Assembly (NCBI GenBank): GCA_040879175.1
Contig: JBBDKW010000001.1
Coordinates: 1-51,440, forward strand
DNA: 51,440 nt
Direction: 5' to 3'
Source of the DNA: Candidatus Saccharimonadales bacterium
Lineage (GTDB): Bacteria; Patescibacteriota; Saccharimonadia; Saccharimonadales; UBA10212
The position numbers and the translations under genes were made by a program. Shown one piece after another: positions 9,308 to 18,521 of this stretch (the stretch's first letter is position 1; each line of letters begins with the position of its first letter). The notes under the pieces were generated by a model that was not told where the DNA came from, did no database searches, and was given only the letters and a program-made list of their open reading frames with translations.

Positions 9308-10357
9308 ATGACCGCCAAAATAAAAACGGCTTCTAGAAAAACTGGTCACAGACACCCGCAAAAACCAAGAGGGATAAGCGATAGAGCTTTCAAAAAAGTC
9401 TACTGGCCATATATACCGGTGATATTGATAATCGGTGTTCTGCTGTCTATGAGTTCCCAGGCCGGGGCTTTTTCGGCCCTTATCCACCAGCAAGGTGGCC
9501 GGGTCCTGGCATACGCCACCAGTATGAGCAGTAGTGGGCTGCTTAGTAGCACCAACAGCTCCAGGTCACAAAACGGCGTGGCGGCACTTAAGACTAACAG
9601 CAAGTTGGCGGCTGCCGCCCAGGCTAAAGCCAATGATATGGCCACGCGTAATTATTGGAGCCACAATACACCTGAGGGTAACCCGCCCTGGACGTTCGTT
9701 ACGGCTCAGGGCTACGGCTATCAAAAGCTGGGTGAGAACTTAGCCGCCGGTTTTAGCAGCGAGCAATCGACCGTTAACGGCTGGATGGGGTCGGCGCCTC
9801 ACCGCGACAACCTGCTTGATAGCGCATTTTCTGAAGTCGGTTTCGGCTGGGCTAATAACCCTGACTACACTTCGGCCGGCGGCGGTCCAATGACAATCGT
9901 GGTGGCTTTTTATGGCAAACCGCAAGTATTGTCGGCGCAGACTTCCACCAAGACTACTCCTGCGCCGGCGCCAGCACCGACCAAAACTGCCACTCCAGCC
10001 CCGACGGCGAAGCCGGTAGAAGAAACTGAACCAACCCCGGCGCCAGCCGAAACTAAGGCTCCGGTGTCGCCGCCCAATACGGAATCTACCATCAGCACGG
10101 ACGAATTGGCCGGTACTTCATCCAGAGCCCAGCTGGTGCTGGCTAATTTCCCAATAGCTAAATTCGCCACAACTTTCGCGCTGTTAGGCGCGGCAGCGGC
10201 GATTGTCATTTGGCTAAGCCGCCACGTCTTGGCTGTCCGGCGGGCTCTAATTAAAAGTGAAAGGTTTGCCATCAGGCACCCGCTTTTGGATTTGGGCCTG
10301 TTGATTATCGCGGCGTTGTCCTATCTCCTAACGCAGACAGCCGGATTTATTCAATAG
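9308..10357 (+). CDS. CAP (SCP-like) domain membrane protein
   Basis: N-terminal TM segment, KANDM..NYWSH, GENLA, WMGSAPHRDNLL, Pro/Thr-rich linker, two C-terminal TM segments. Confidence 0.85.
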   Translation: MTAKIKTASRKTGHRHPQKPRGISDRAFKKVYWPYIPVILIIGVLLSMSSQAGAFSALIHQQGGRVLAYATSMSSSGLLSSTNSSRSQNGVAALKTNSKLAAAAQAKANDMATRNYWSHNTPEGNPPWTFVTAQGYGYQKLGENLAAGFSSEQSTVNGWMGSAPHRDNLLDSAFSEVGFGWANNPDYTSAGGGPMTIVVAFYGKPQVLSAQTSTKTTPAPAPAPTKTATPAPTAKPVEETEPTPAPAETKAPVSPPNTESTISTDELAGTSSRAQLVLANFPIAKFATTFALLGAAAAIVIWLSRHVLAVRRALIKSERFAIRHPLLDLGLLIIAALSYLLTQTAGFIQ

Positions 10358-10359
10358 GG

Positions 10360-13300
10360 TTATTTTACTACTATGTTTGTGGAGCCGAAGATGGCCGCCA
10401 AAGCCCTTAAGCTTTCCTCGTTGACACTGATTGTCTGAGGCAGTTTAATAACCTGTTTCGTTTCAAGATTACCGGTTACGATTACAACCTCGGTATCACC
10501 GCGAAAACTATCAAGCTTGTCTTTTAGGCTCATAAGTAACGGTTGGTCAGAGCTGTTTTCCAGCCTAATAAACAGCCGTTGCTTTAAGCTGCCACTGTTA
10601 CCAAACTCGCCGGTTTTATGGTTGAAGGCCTGCTGTGTTTTACCAATATCTTCTGGGGTCAAAAGCCTAGCTTGATCTACAATGACCTTCCAGTCATCGG
10701 TTTCTGAATCGTTCCGATCTCGCGTAGTCAGACGACCTTTGGCCAAAACGACGTTATCCCGGATCCATAATTCAGGCTGAGTCTCGTATAGTTTTGGAAA
10801 GATTATCAGCTCGATTTCACCGCTTAAATCAACCACCTTGGCGAAGGCCATCTTTGAACCGTTCTTGGTGGTAATTTCGCGAGCAGCGGTTACCGAACCG
10901 CCGACCACTACCTCGCGTCCGTCCATCTCAGCGCTCAGACTGCCGATTTGTTTAGCCTGTTCACTCAGTAATTTTTCATAATCTTCCAGCGGATGGCGGC
11001 TTAAATACAACCCCAGTAGCTCACGCTCCCAAGATAGCTGGATACTCTGTGAATAAGGCACCACTTCTTCGTCCCAGCGCATTTTGAGCGAGGTTGCCGA
11101 GTCATCGCCGCCGCCGCCAAACAAATCGACCTGCCCGCTAATGGTCTCTTTTTGCAACCGCTGGGCCAAACTCAGGATATTTTCGACGTTATTAAGCAGC
11201 CGGCTGCGGTCTCCAAGCGAGTCAAAGGCACCCGATTTAATAAGGCTTTCCAGCGCTTTACGGTTGACAATATGGACGTTAACGCTCTTGCAGAAGTCTT
11301 CGATAGATTTAAACTGTCCGCCCAGTTTCTCGCGTGCTTGGAGGATTTCTTCGACCGCACCTTGGCCGACGTTTTTAATGGCATCAAGCCCAAAACGTAT
11401 TTCATTTTTACTGGGGACGACGGCGAACTCGTGGAAGGACTGGTTGATATCCGGCGGTAGAACCTCAATCCCCATATGCTTGCATTCGGTAATTTCAATT
11501 GCCAAGCGGTCGATATTGTCATAATCACTGGTCATCAGCGCTGCCATAAAGGCCGCCGGATAATGAGCCTTGAGGTAGGCCGTTTGGTAGGCAATCAAGC
11601 CGTAGCAAGCTGAGTGCACTTTGTTAAAGCAATAGGCCGCAAACTCTTCCAGCTGGCGCCAAAAGCGCTCCATCAATTTGCGATCGGCACCGACAGTTTT
11701 AACCGCGCCCTCTATGAAGTCCTTTTTGAGTTTGGCCATAACGATCGGGTTTTTCTTACCAATGGCTTTACGCAACGTGTCGGCCTGGCCGCCGCTAAAA
11801 CCGCACATCTCTTTGGAAATCTGCATCACTTGCTCTTGGTAGACAATCACGCCGTAAGTGTTTTCTAGTGCCGATTTCATCACCGGGTGCAGGTATTCGA
11901 TATTGCGCAGACCGTGTTTGCGGGCAATGAAATCTTCTATCCACTGCATTGGCCCGGGACGGTACAGCGCCACCATGGCAATGATGTCGTCGAAAACCGT
12001 TGGCTTAAGCTGTTTTAAGTAGCGCTTCATACCAGCTGATTCAAGCTGAAAAACGCCGGTCGTCTCGCCCTTCTGCAGCAGTTCAAACGTCTTCTTATCA
12101 TCGAGCGGGATATCAGCTATATCGATGTTTTTGCCATAGACTTTTCTGACAATCCGCAAGGCGTTCTTGATGATAGTCAGGTTCGATAAACCGAGAAAAT
12201 CAATCTTTAAGATGCCGATGTCATTTTCTATTGTCGTGCCTTGGTATTGGGTGGCAACCGCGCCGCTCTGGGCCACTTCAAGCGGCACGAATTTGACAAT
12301 TTCATCCGGCGCAATTACCACGCCGGCGGCATGCACGCCGTGGCTGCGGATGGTACCTTCTAGTCTCATAGCCAAGTCAAAAACCTGGCGCGACTTCTCG
12401 TTCTCGTTGTATTCCCTCTTTAAGTCCGGCACTTGTTGAAGATGTGTTGCCAGCTGGGTGTGCCTGCCCTGCACCGGCTGTGGAATCATTTTAGCTAGCC
12501 TATCAGCCTCGGCATATGGCACCCTCAGCACGCGCGCGACATCACGTACAGAGTTGCGGGCAGCCATCTGGCCAAAAGTCACGATATTGGCTACGCGGTC
12601 ACGGCCGTATTTTTCAATGCAATAGTTTATGACTTCATCGCGCCGATTATCTTGGATGTCGATATCCATATCCGGCATACTGATGCGGTCCGGGTTCAGG
12701 AACCGTTCAAAGAGTAAATCATACCTTAAGGGCTCGATTTCCGTAATACGCAGGCCGTAGGCCATTATCGAGCTGGCGGCACTGCCCCGGCCCGGTCCGA
12801 AAACAATGCCCTGATCTTTACCCCAGTTGATGAAATCAGCCACTATCAAGAAGTAGCCGTTAAAGCCCATATTGTTCACCACTTCCAGCTCGTATTTCGC
12901 CCTCTCGATTACCTCAGCCGTCAGTTGTTTTTTTGCTTCGGTTATAGATAGCTGAGCGGCCTTTGTTCTTGAGATATCGCCGTAGCGCCAGGCTAAGCCC
13001 TGCCAAACTTCTTTTTCCAACAAGCTGTGCTCAGTTTCACCTTTAGGTGTCGGGAACTTAGGAATCAGGATTTTATCAAGCTCGAGCATGATGTTACATC
13101 GTTCGGCGATGTCTTTGGTATTTAATATCAGCTCGGGGTGCTGTTTAGCCCATCTTTTAATAATGTCTTTAGGGTCAGCCACATGCAGCTCGAAATCTTT
13201 AAGGCTCATCCGATCTGAGTCATCCAAGAATGCGCCGGTTTGGATACAAAGCAGGACCTCGTGTGCTTCCTGATCTTCGCGGAGCAAATAGTGTGAATCG

Positions 13301-13959
13301 CAAGTCACGACCGCTGGTATATCGAGCTCGTGGCTGAGTCGTAGAAGCTGCTCGTTCACCTTACCTTGTTCGTCCCAAACGCTGGGGTGCTCGGCGTGGC
13401 CGTGATCCTGAAGCTCAAGGTAATAGCGGTCGCCAAAGACATCCTTATACCAAGCGGCCGCCTTTTTGGCTTGCTCATATTGGCCGGATCGTAAAGCATC
13501 ACCGACCTCGCCCTGCATACAGCCGGAAAGCACGATTATTCCTTGGTTATACTTTTTGATTTTTTCGCGGTCTATTCTTGGGCGGTAGTAAAAACCTTGC
13601 AGGTTGGCGATTGATGAGAGGCGCATTAGATTCTGATACCCGGTGTTGTTAATCACCAACATAGTCAGGTGGTAAGCGGCACGGTCGTAAGCCGGATCTT
13701 TATCTTTGTGTGAGCGCGGAGCCACGTAGGCCTCCATGCCGATTATCGGTTTAACGCCTTTTTCTTTGGCGGCCTTATAAAACTCTACGGCACCACTCAT
13801 TAGTCCATGGTCGGTCATGGCTATTGAGCCCATCCCGAGTTCGGTAACCCTTTCCATAAGCGCCGGAACTTTGGTCAGACCATCCAGCAGTGAGTACTGC
13901 GTATGATTATGTAAGTGAACAAAATCACTCGGTTTAAGTCTTACCCCCGCGTTGGCCAT
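10360..13959 (-). CDS. dnaE: DNA polymerase III alpha subunit
   Basis: PHP domain HLHNHTQYSLLDG, GPGRGSAA, PDMDID, KIDFLGL, FNKVHS, OB fold; start could be 13959 or 13965. Confidence 0.97.
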   Translation of the reverse strand: MANAGVRLKPSDFVHLHNHTQYSLLDGLTKVPALMERVTELGMGSIAMTDHGLMSGAVEFYKAAKEKGVKPIIGMEAYVAPRSHKDKDPAYDRAAYHLTMLVINNTGYQNLMRLSSIANLQGFYYRPRIDREKIKKYNQGIIVLSGCMQGEVGDALRSGQYEQAKKAAAWYKDVFGDRYYLELQDHGHAEHPSVWDEQGKVNEQLLRLSHELDIPAVVTCDSHYLLREDQEAHEVLLCIQTGAFLDDSDRMSLKDFELHVADPKDIIKRWAKQHPELILNTKDIAERCNIMLELDKILIPKFPTPKGETEHSLLEKEVWQGLAWRYGDISRTKAAQLSITEAKKQLTAEVIERAKYELEVVNNMGFNGYFLIVADFINWGKDQGIVFGPGRGSAASSIMAYGLRITEIEPLRYDLLFERFLNPDRISMPDMDIDIQDNRRDEVINYCIEKYGRDRVANIVTFGQMAARNSVRDVARVLRVPYAEADRLAKMIPQPVQGRHTQLATHLQQVPDLKREYNENEKSRQVFDLAMRLEGTIRSHGVHAAGVVIAPDEIVKFVPLEVAQSGAVATQYQGTTIENDIGILKIDFLGLSNLTIIKNALRIVRKVYGKNIDIADIPLDDKKTFELLQKGETTGVFQLESAGMKRYLKQLKPTVFDDIIAMVALYRPGPMQWIEDFIARKHGLRNIEYLHPVMKSALENTYGVIVYQEQVMQISKEMCGFSGGQADTLRKAIGKKNPIVMAKLKKDFIEGAVKTVGADRKLMERFWRQLEEFAAYCFNKVHSACYGLIAYQTAYLKAHYPAAFMAALMTSDYDNIDRLAIEITECKHMGIEVLPPDINQSFHEFAVVPSKNEIRFGLDAIKNVGQGAVEEILQAREKLGGQFKSIEDFCKSVNVHIVNRKALESLIKSGAFDSLGDRSRLLNNVENILSLAQRLQKETISGQVDLFGGGGDDSATSLKMRWDEEVVPYSQSIQLSWERELLGLYLSRHPLEDYEKLLSEQAKQIGSLSAEMDGREVVVGGSVTAAREITTKNGSKMAFAKVVDLSGEIELIIFPKLYETQPELWIRDNVVLAKGRLTTRDRNDSETDDWKVIVDQARLLTPEDIGKTQQAFNHKTGEFGNSGSLKQRLFIRLENSSDQPLLMSLKDKLDSFRGDTEVVIVTGNLETKQVIKLPQTISVNEESLRALAAIFGSTNIVVK

Positions 13960-13975
13960 TACCATAATTATACGA

Positions 13976-14045
13976 AACTAGGAATTAGGAACTAGAAATT
14001 AGTTTTTAATACTACAGCTAATTCCTACTTGCTAGTTGCTAGCTT
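13976..14045. repeat. Inverted heptamer array (AA(C/T)TAGN ... CTANTTN)
   Basis: aactagg aattagg aactaga aattagt ... ctaattc ctacttg ctagttg ctagctt; the last unit contains the YtxH stop codon. Confidence 0.85.
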
Positions 14046-14449
14046 TTAAAATACTTGCTTAGATTATTTTTAGCTTGTTTGGCCTGCTTGATGGCCTTAT
14101 TCAAACCCGGGTCCTCAGCTTCACCGGCTTTAAAAGCTTTCAGAACGATTCCAGCCTTGTTTTTAGCGTCTTTGGCTGATACCACAGCCTCGTTAAACTC
14201 CTCACGCGCCTTGGCGCTTAGAGCGACGGTCTTGTCCTTGGCGTCTTTGATAAGTTCGTCGAGCTCGTCACGTAAATCCTGCAATTGGTCCACGCCCTCT
14301 TCTTTTAATTCCGAGGCTTTCTCAACAATATCTTCGCGTGTTTTTTTGCCACTTTTGGGTGCAGTTAAAATCCCCGCTAAGTAACCGAAGGCCCCGGCGA
14401 GCAAAGCGCCGACGGCGATCTTTCTCCCCGTGTGTTGATCCTTAACCAT
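14039..14449 (-). CDS. YtxH domain-containing protein
   Basis: GALLAGAFGYLAGILTAPKSGKKTR followed by a helical charged region. Confidence 0.85.
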   Translation of the reverse strand: MVKDQHTGRKIAVGALLAGAFGYLAGILTAPKSGKKTREDIVEKASELKEEGVDQLQDLRDELDELIKDAKDKTVALSAKAREEFNEAVVSAKDAKNKAGIVLKAFKAGEAEDPGLNKAIKQAKQAKNNLSKYFKS

Positions 14450-14472
14450 AATACGCTCCTTTCAGTCGCTTA

Positions 14473-14539
14473 AAATTCAAAATACAATTACCAAAATTCA
14501 AATGTTTTGAAGTTTGAACGTTGATGTTAGAGTTTTGCA
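14473..14539. repeat. Inverted heptamer array (CAAA / TTTG type)
   Basis: aaattca aaataca attacca aaattca ... ttttgaa gtttgaa cgttgat gttagag ttttgca. Confidence 0.8.
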
Positions 14540-14543
14540 TATA

Positions 14544-14774
14544 TTAACCCTTTCTACCGCGCGTACGCGCTATTATATTGGTTATTAACCTTATCCATGG
14601 CATGGCGGCTGCGCTTCTACGAAAAGCGGCCGCTGCCGACTCTACACTGTTGGCCACATCATCGGCCTTACGCAAAAATTTGATGAAAAATATCAGCGTA
14701 ATACTTAATAATAATAGAAATACAGCCAATATTGCACTAACAATGATTAATAAAACTTGGGCCGCTGCTTCCAT
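14544..14774 (-). CDS. Small single-TM hypothetical protein upstream of YtxH
   Basis: 76 aa; hydrophobic N-terminal helix; TATACT 7 nt before the ATG. Confidence 0.7.
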   Translation of the reverse strand: MEAAAQVLLIIVSAILAVFLLLLSITLIFFIKFLRKADDVANSVESAAAAFRRSAAAMPWIRLITNIIARTRGRKG

Positions 14775-14820
14775 TATTGGCAGTATACGCGTTACTTAAC
14801 TGGCGTTGCAACCAAAACTA

Positions 14821-16260
14821 TTATTTCGCAGCCAAGCGCTTCTTAATAATTTCCTGGGCCAGCGCCGGGTTGATCTGGCCTTGGGTCTTAACCATAGCCT
14901 GTCCGACCAAGAAGGCGATGGCCTTGGTTTGGCCGGCTTTGATATCTTCAATGACCTTCGGGTTTTCGGCGATTACCTCTGAAACTATCTCTTCTAGCTT
15001 GGCGGTGTCTGAAACTTGTAGCAAATTAAGTTTTTCTGCGATCGTCCGGGGGTCATCAGTTGTGATCACGAGTTGCTCAAAAACGCTTTTGGCCGCCGTT
15101 GAGCTGAGCTCGCCGGCGTCCACCATCTCGGAAAGCGCTATCAATCGCTCTGAGTCAATTTCGGGCTCAACGGCGCCAGCCATTTGTTCATCGGGCGGTT
15201 CGGTTTGAATCAGCCAAAAAGCTGCCCGCCGGGCGTCTGTTGGGCCGGCAGCCTTCAATACATCCAAAACCGGCTTAATAATCGGTGCACGGTCCAGGAT
15301 ATCCTCTATAACCTGCGGACTGATATCGAGCTTGCGGAGCTTTGTACGAATCTCTCCCGGTAGCTCGGGCAAACTTTTCTTTATACTTTCCAGATAAGTT
15401 TCGCCTAACTCCACCGGAGGCACATCGGGCTCTGGCATATAACGGTAATCTTCGGCCTCCTCTTTAGTGCGCTGGGCAAAGGTTTTCTGTTTGGCCTCAT
15501 CCCAACCTCGTGTTTCTTGTACGACCTTGCCGCCTTTTTTCAACAGCTCGGTCTGCCGCTTGATTTCGTATGCAACCGCTGCTTCGACACTGCGAAAGCT
15601 GTTTAGGTTTTTGACTTCACTCCTAGTACCTAGCTGGTTCGGGTCGGGGCTGAGGCTAATGTTCAAATCAAACCGCATATGCCCGTGATACAAATCGCCG
15701 TCAGTCACATCGGCATATTTCATCAGTAAATAGAGCTCCCGCGCATAGGCTTTGGCTTCGGCCGGCGAGTAAATGTCGGGTTTACTGACAATCTCCAACA
15801 ATGGTGTTCCGGCGCGGTTGAGGTCAACTAGCGAATAATCGGCGCCGGGAGGGTGCGTATTTTTACCGGCATCTTCTTCCAAATTGGCGCGCTCGATTCC
15901 GATGCTCCTCCTTTGACCGTCAATGTTTATTTCAACTTGCCCGCCGACGATTATTGGATCTTCGTACTGCGTTATCTGGTAGCCTTTAGGTAAATCCGGA
16001 TAGAAGTAGTGCTTACGCTCAAACTTAGAGAATTTTTCCGGTTCGGCGCCGAGCGCAAAGGCCGCACGAACAGAAATATTTACTGCCTCCCGATTCAGAA
16101 CCGGCAGTGCGCCGGGCATACCGACACAGATATGGCTTATTAAGCTATTGGGAGGGGCGTTTCTGGCATCGTTGCCGACCGCTGCAAACAGCTTAGTCTT
16201 GGTTTTGAGCTGTACATGGGTTTCAATCCCTATTGTCGGAATATATTCGTTTCTACTCAT
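14821..16260 (-). CDS. gatB: Asp-tRNA(Asn)/Glu-tRNA(Gln) amidotransferase subunit B
   Basis: IGIETHVQL, YFYPDLPKGYQITQ, LEEDAGK, DLNRAGTPLLEIVS, EVKNLNSF; ATG 16260 has a GGAGG SD. Confidence 0.97.
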   Translation of the reverse strand: MSRNEYIPTIGIETHVQLKTKTKLFAAVGNDARNAPPNSLISHICVGMPGALPVLNREAVNISVRAAFALGAEPEKFSKFERKHYFYPDLPKGYQITQYEDPIIVGGQVEINIDGQRRSIGIERANLEEDAGKNTHPPGADYSLVDLNRAGTPLLEIVSKPDIYSPAEAKAYARELYLLMKYADVTDGDLYHGHMRFDLNISLSPDPNQLGTRSEVKNLNSFRSVEAAVAYEIKRQTELLKKGGKVVQETRGWDEAKQKTFAQRTKEEAEDYRYMPEPDVPPVELGETYLESIKKSLPELPGEIRTKLRKLDISPQVIEDILDRAPIIKPVLDVLKAAGPTDARRAAFWLIQTEPPDEQMAGAVEPEIDSERLIALSEMVDAGELSSTAAKSVFEQLVITTDDPRTIAEKLNLLQVSDTAKLEEIVSEVIAENPKVIEDIKAGQTKAIAFLVGQAMVKTQGQINPALAQEIIKKRLAAK

Positions 16261-16269
16261 ATATTCCTC

Positions 16270-16363
16270 CAAAACTCAAAAACCAAAAACCAAAATTCAA
16301 AGCATTATAATTTGATATTTGCAGTTTATTTGAACTTATAAGTTTGAAGTTTGAAGTTTGCAT
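16270..16363. repeat. Inverted heptamer array with an 11-mer interruption
   Basis: caaaact caaaaac caaaaac caaaatt caaagca ... tttgata tttgcag ttta tttgaac ttataag tttgaag tttgaag tttgcat. Confidence 0.85.
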
Positions 16364-16770
16364 TATAGGGCTCCCAAATCTTGCAAACCTTGTTTGATGC
16401 CAGCCAAGGCGTTCTTGGCATCGTTCTTACGTAGCCGGACACTAGGTTCGTGTACCAAACGATTACGCAGTTTGTGGGCGTACCAAATTCCGTCATTGTT
16501 GCTTAGAGCCCGTTGGGCAGCCACCAGGCGTTCGCCCATTGTCTTACCTTTGTAGCCTTTTCTCTTCAGAGCCTCGTCGAGCAATTTATCGGCATCAATA
16601 ACTGCTAGCGCCATGCCCTCTGAAGTTTTAACTCGAGTCAGCAGCTCGGCCCATCTTTTTTCAAAATATCGGCGGTTGACCGGCTGAACGAGGCGTCGGC
16701 CAAAACGGCTAAGTAAAATCAGCACCGCTATTCCAAAAACGATGGCGCCGATAAGGAAAGCGGTTGTCAT
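16363..16770 (-). CDS. Membrane-anchored hypothetical protein with a HEPN-like RxxxxH motif
   Basis: N-terminal TM segment; AVIDADKLLD, TMGERL, KLRNRLVHE; ATGA-style overlap with the gatA stop. Confidence 0.8.
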   Translation of the reverse strand: MTTAFLIGAIVFGIAVLILLSRFGRRLVQPVNRRYFEKRWAELLTRVKTSEGMALAVIDADKLLDEALKRKGYKGKTMGERLVAAQRALSNNDGIWYAHKLRNRLVHEPSVRLRKNDAKNALAGIKQGLQDLGAL

Positions 16771-18194
16771 TTTAGCTCCTCAATTGCCTTCGAGATTGAC
16801 AGCAGTGTCCGGTCGGCCTTTTGCGGCGCGATTATCTGCAGGCCGATTGGCAACCCATCGGCTTCGCCGACGGGCAGGCTGATTGCCGGGTTGCCGGAAA
16901 TATTGGCGGCCACGGTCATTACGTCGCTAAGGTACATCTTGAGGGGGTCGTCTGTTCGCTCGCCGATTTTAAAGGCTGTATTTGGAGCAGTCGGTCCAAC
17001 CAAGAAATCAAACCGCTCAAATGCCTCTTTAAACTCGTTAATAATTTTGGTGCGTACTGTTTGAGCCTTTTTGTAATAAGCCTCGTAGTAGCCGCTTGAT
17101 AGGACGTAGGCGCCAATCATAATCCGCCGCTTGGCTTCGGCACCAAAACCCTCTTCGCGGCTAAGGAAGTAGCTGTCTTCAAGGGTCTTGGCTTCGGCAC
17201 TGCTGTGGCCATAGCGCTGGCCGTCATAACGAGCCAAATTACTACTGACCTCCGCCGGGCAGACGATGTAATAAACCGCCAGTGCCAATGGCAGGCTTGG
17301 CAGGCTGACCTCGTTAACTTGTGCTCCAGCTTGTCTGAATTTTTCAATGGCAGCTTCAATGGATTGTTTCACACCAGTGTCCAGACCCTCACTCATATAT
17401 TCACGAATAACCCCAATCTTGGTAGTTGGTAGGTGGTAGGTGGTAGTTGGTTGGTAGCCTTTTTCGTCTCGGTCGATGGTCGTGCTATCGAGTTCATCTT
17501 TTCCGGCCATTGCGTCGAGCACAAGAGCGGCGTCATCAACTGTTCGTGCCAGCGGGCCAATCACGTCGGTACTACTGGCCATAGCTACTACACCTGATCG
17601 CGAAACCAGCCCATACGTCGGTTTATAGCCGACAACACCGCAAAAACTGGCCGGCAGGCGGATTGAACCGCCAGTGTCGGTGCCGATGGCAAAAGGCACT
17701 GACTTCAGAGCTACAACTGCCGCCGAACCGCCAGAGCTACCGCCTGGCACGCGTGTCTTATCGTGTGGGTTTTTAGTCACAAAGAAGTCGCTGTTTTCGG
17801 TACTGCTGCCGTGCGCCCAGGCATCGAGGTTGGCTTTAGCTACACAAATGGCTCCGGCGGCTTCTAACCGTTCGATGGCTGTTGCCTGATATGGAGCCTC
17901 GAAATCTTTTAACATATTGGAGGCGGCCGTGGTTTTGCCACCCAGCGTCAGGAAATTATCCTTGGCCACGAACGGTACACCGGCCAGTGAGCCGATTTTT
18001 TCACCTGCGGCAACTTTAGAATCAATTTTGGCCGCCCCCTCTAGCGCTCGCCCTTTTGTATAGGAAATGATGGCATCGTATTCGGCGGCGGCTTCGAGGT
18101 TACTTATAGCTTCTTTAACCAGCTCTTTGGCGCTAAGCTCGCCACTTTGCACTTTGGCGGCAATATCGCTAATCGGTAGCTCAAGCGCGCCCAT
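16767..18194 (-). CDS. gatA: Glutamyl-tRNA(Gln) amidotransferase subunit A
   Basis: Amidase signature GGSSGGSAA, GTDTGGSIR, SNLARYDG, KRRIMIG. Confidence 0.97.
   Translation of the reverse strand: MGALELPISDIAAKVQSGELSAKELVKEAISNLEAAAEYDAIISYTKGRALEGAAKIDSKVAAGEKIGSLAGVPFVAKDNFLTLGGKTTAASNMLKDFEAPYQATAIERLEAAGAICVAKANLDAWAHGSSTENSDFFVTKNPHDKTRVPGGSSGGSAAVVALKSVPFAIGTDTGGSIRLPASFCGVVGYKPTYGLVSRSGVVAMASSTDVIGPLARTVDDAALVLDAMAGKDELDSTTIDRDEKGYQPTTTYHLPTTKIGVIREYMSEGLDTGVKQSIEAAIEKFRQAGAQVNEVSLPSLPLALAVYYIVCPAEVSSNLARYDGQRYGHSSAEAKTLEDSYFLSREEGFGAEAKRRIMIGAYVLSSGYYEAYYKKAQTVRTKIINEFKEAFERFDFLVGPTAPNTAFKIGERTDDPLKMYLSDVMTVAANISGNPAISLPVGEADGLPIGLQIIAPQKADRTLLSISKAIEELK
17420..17458. repeat. Intragenic heptamer array in gatA (39 bp, in frame)
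   Basis: tggtagt tggtagg tggtagg tggtagt tggt tggtagc; encodes YQPTTTYHLPTT. Confidence 0.85.
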
Positions 18195-18196
18195 AG

Positions 18197-18490
18197 CTAT
18201 TCAATAACCCGTTTTACTTTGAACTGGTTTTTTTCGATCGCTGGTGCACCAGCGAGTAAACTATGAGGGCTTGTGTGATATTCAATAATCTTATCTTCAC
18301 GCATAACATTTTTAAGCCCGGTAACCTGATAAGTGGGTTTCAGTCCGCCAGTGTCGGCTTTATCGAGTATTTCGACGTAGGATAGTATTTCACTCAACTC
18401 TTGGCTAAAGCGCTCGATTTCTTCGTCGGCCAGTTTTAGCCGGCTTAAATGAGCCAATTTTAAGACTTGGTCCCTCGTCAATTTAGACAT
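18197..18490 (-). CDS. gatC: Amidotransferase subunit C
   Basis: VLKLAHLSRL, ILSYVEIL, NVMRED, FKVKRV; upstream of gatA. Confidence 0.92.
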   Translation of the reverse strand: MSKLTRDQVLKLAHLSRLKLADEEIERFSQELSEILSYVEILDKADTGGLKPTYQVTGLKNVMREDKIIEYHTSPHSLLAGAPAIEKNQFKVKRVIE

Positions 18491-18521
18491 ATCTAATGGA
18501 TTAGTATACCAGAATTACACC

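Noticed and set aside
9940-10090. Pro/Thr/Ala repeats in the CAP protein
   Set aside because: An ordinary low-complexity linker with codon-scale, not 7-bp, periodicity
10360-13965. Intein in DnaE
   Set aside because: The length is normal for DnaE and no intein boundary motifs were seen
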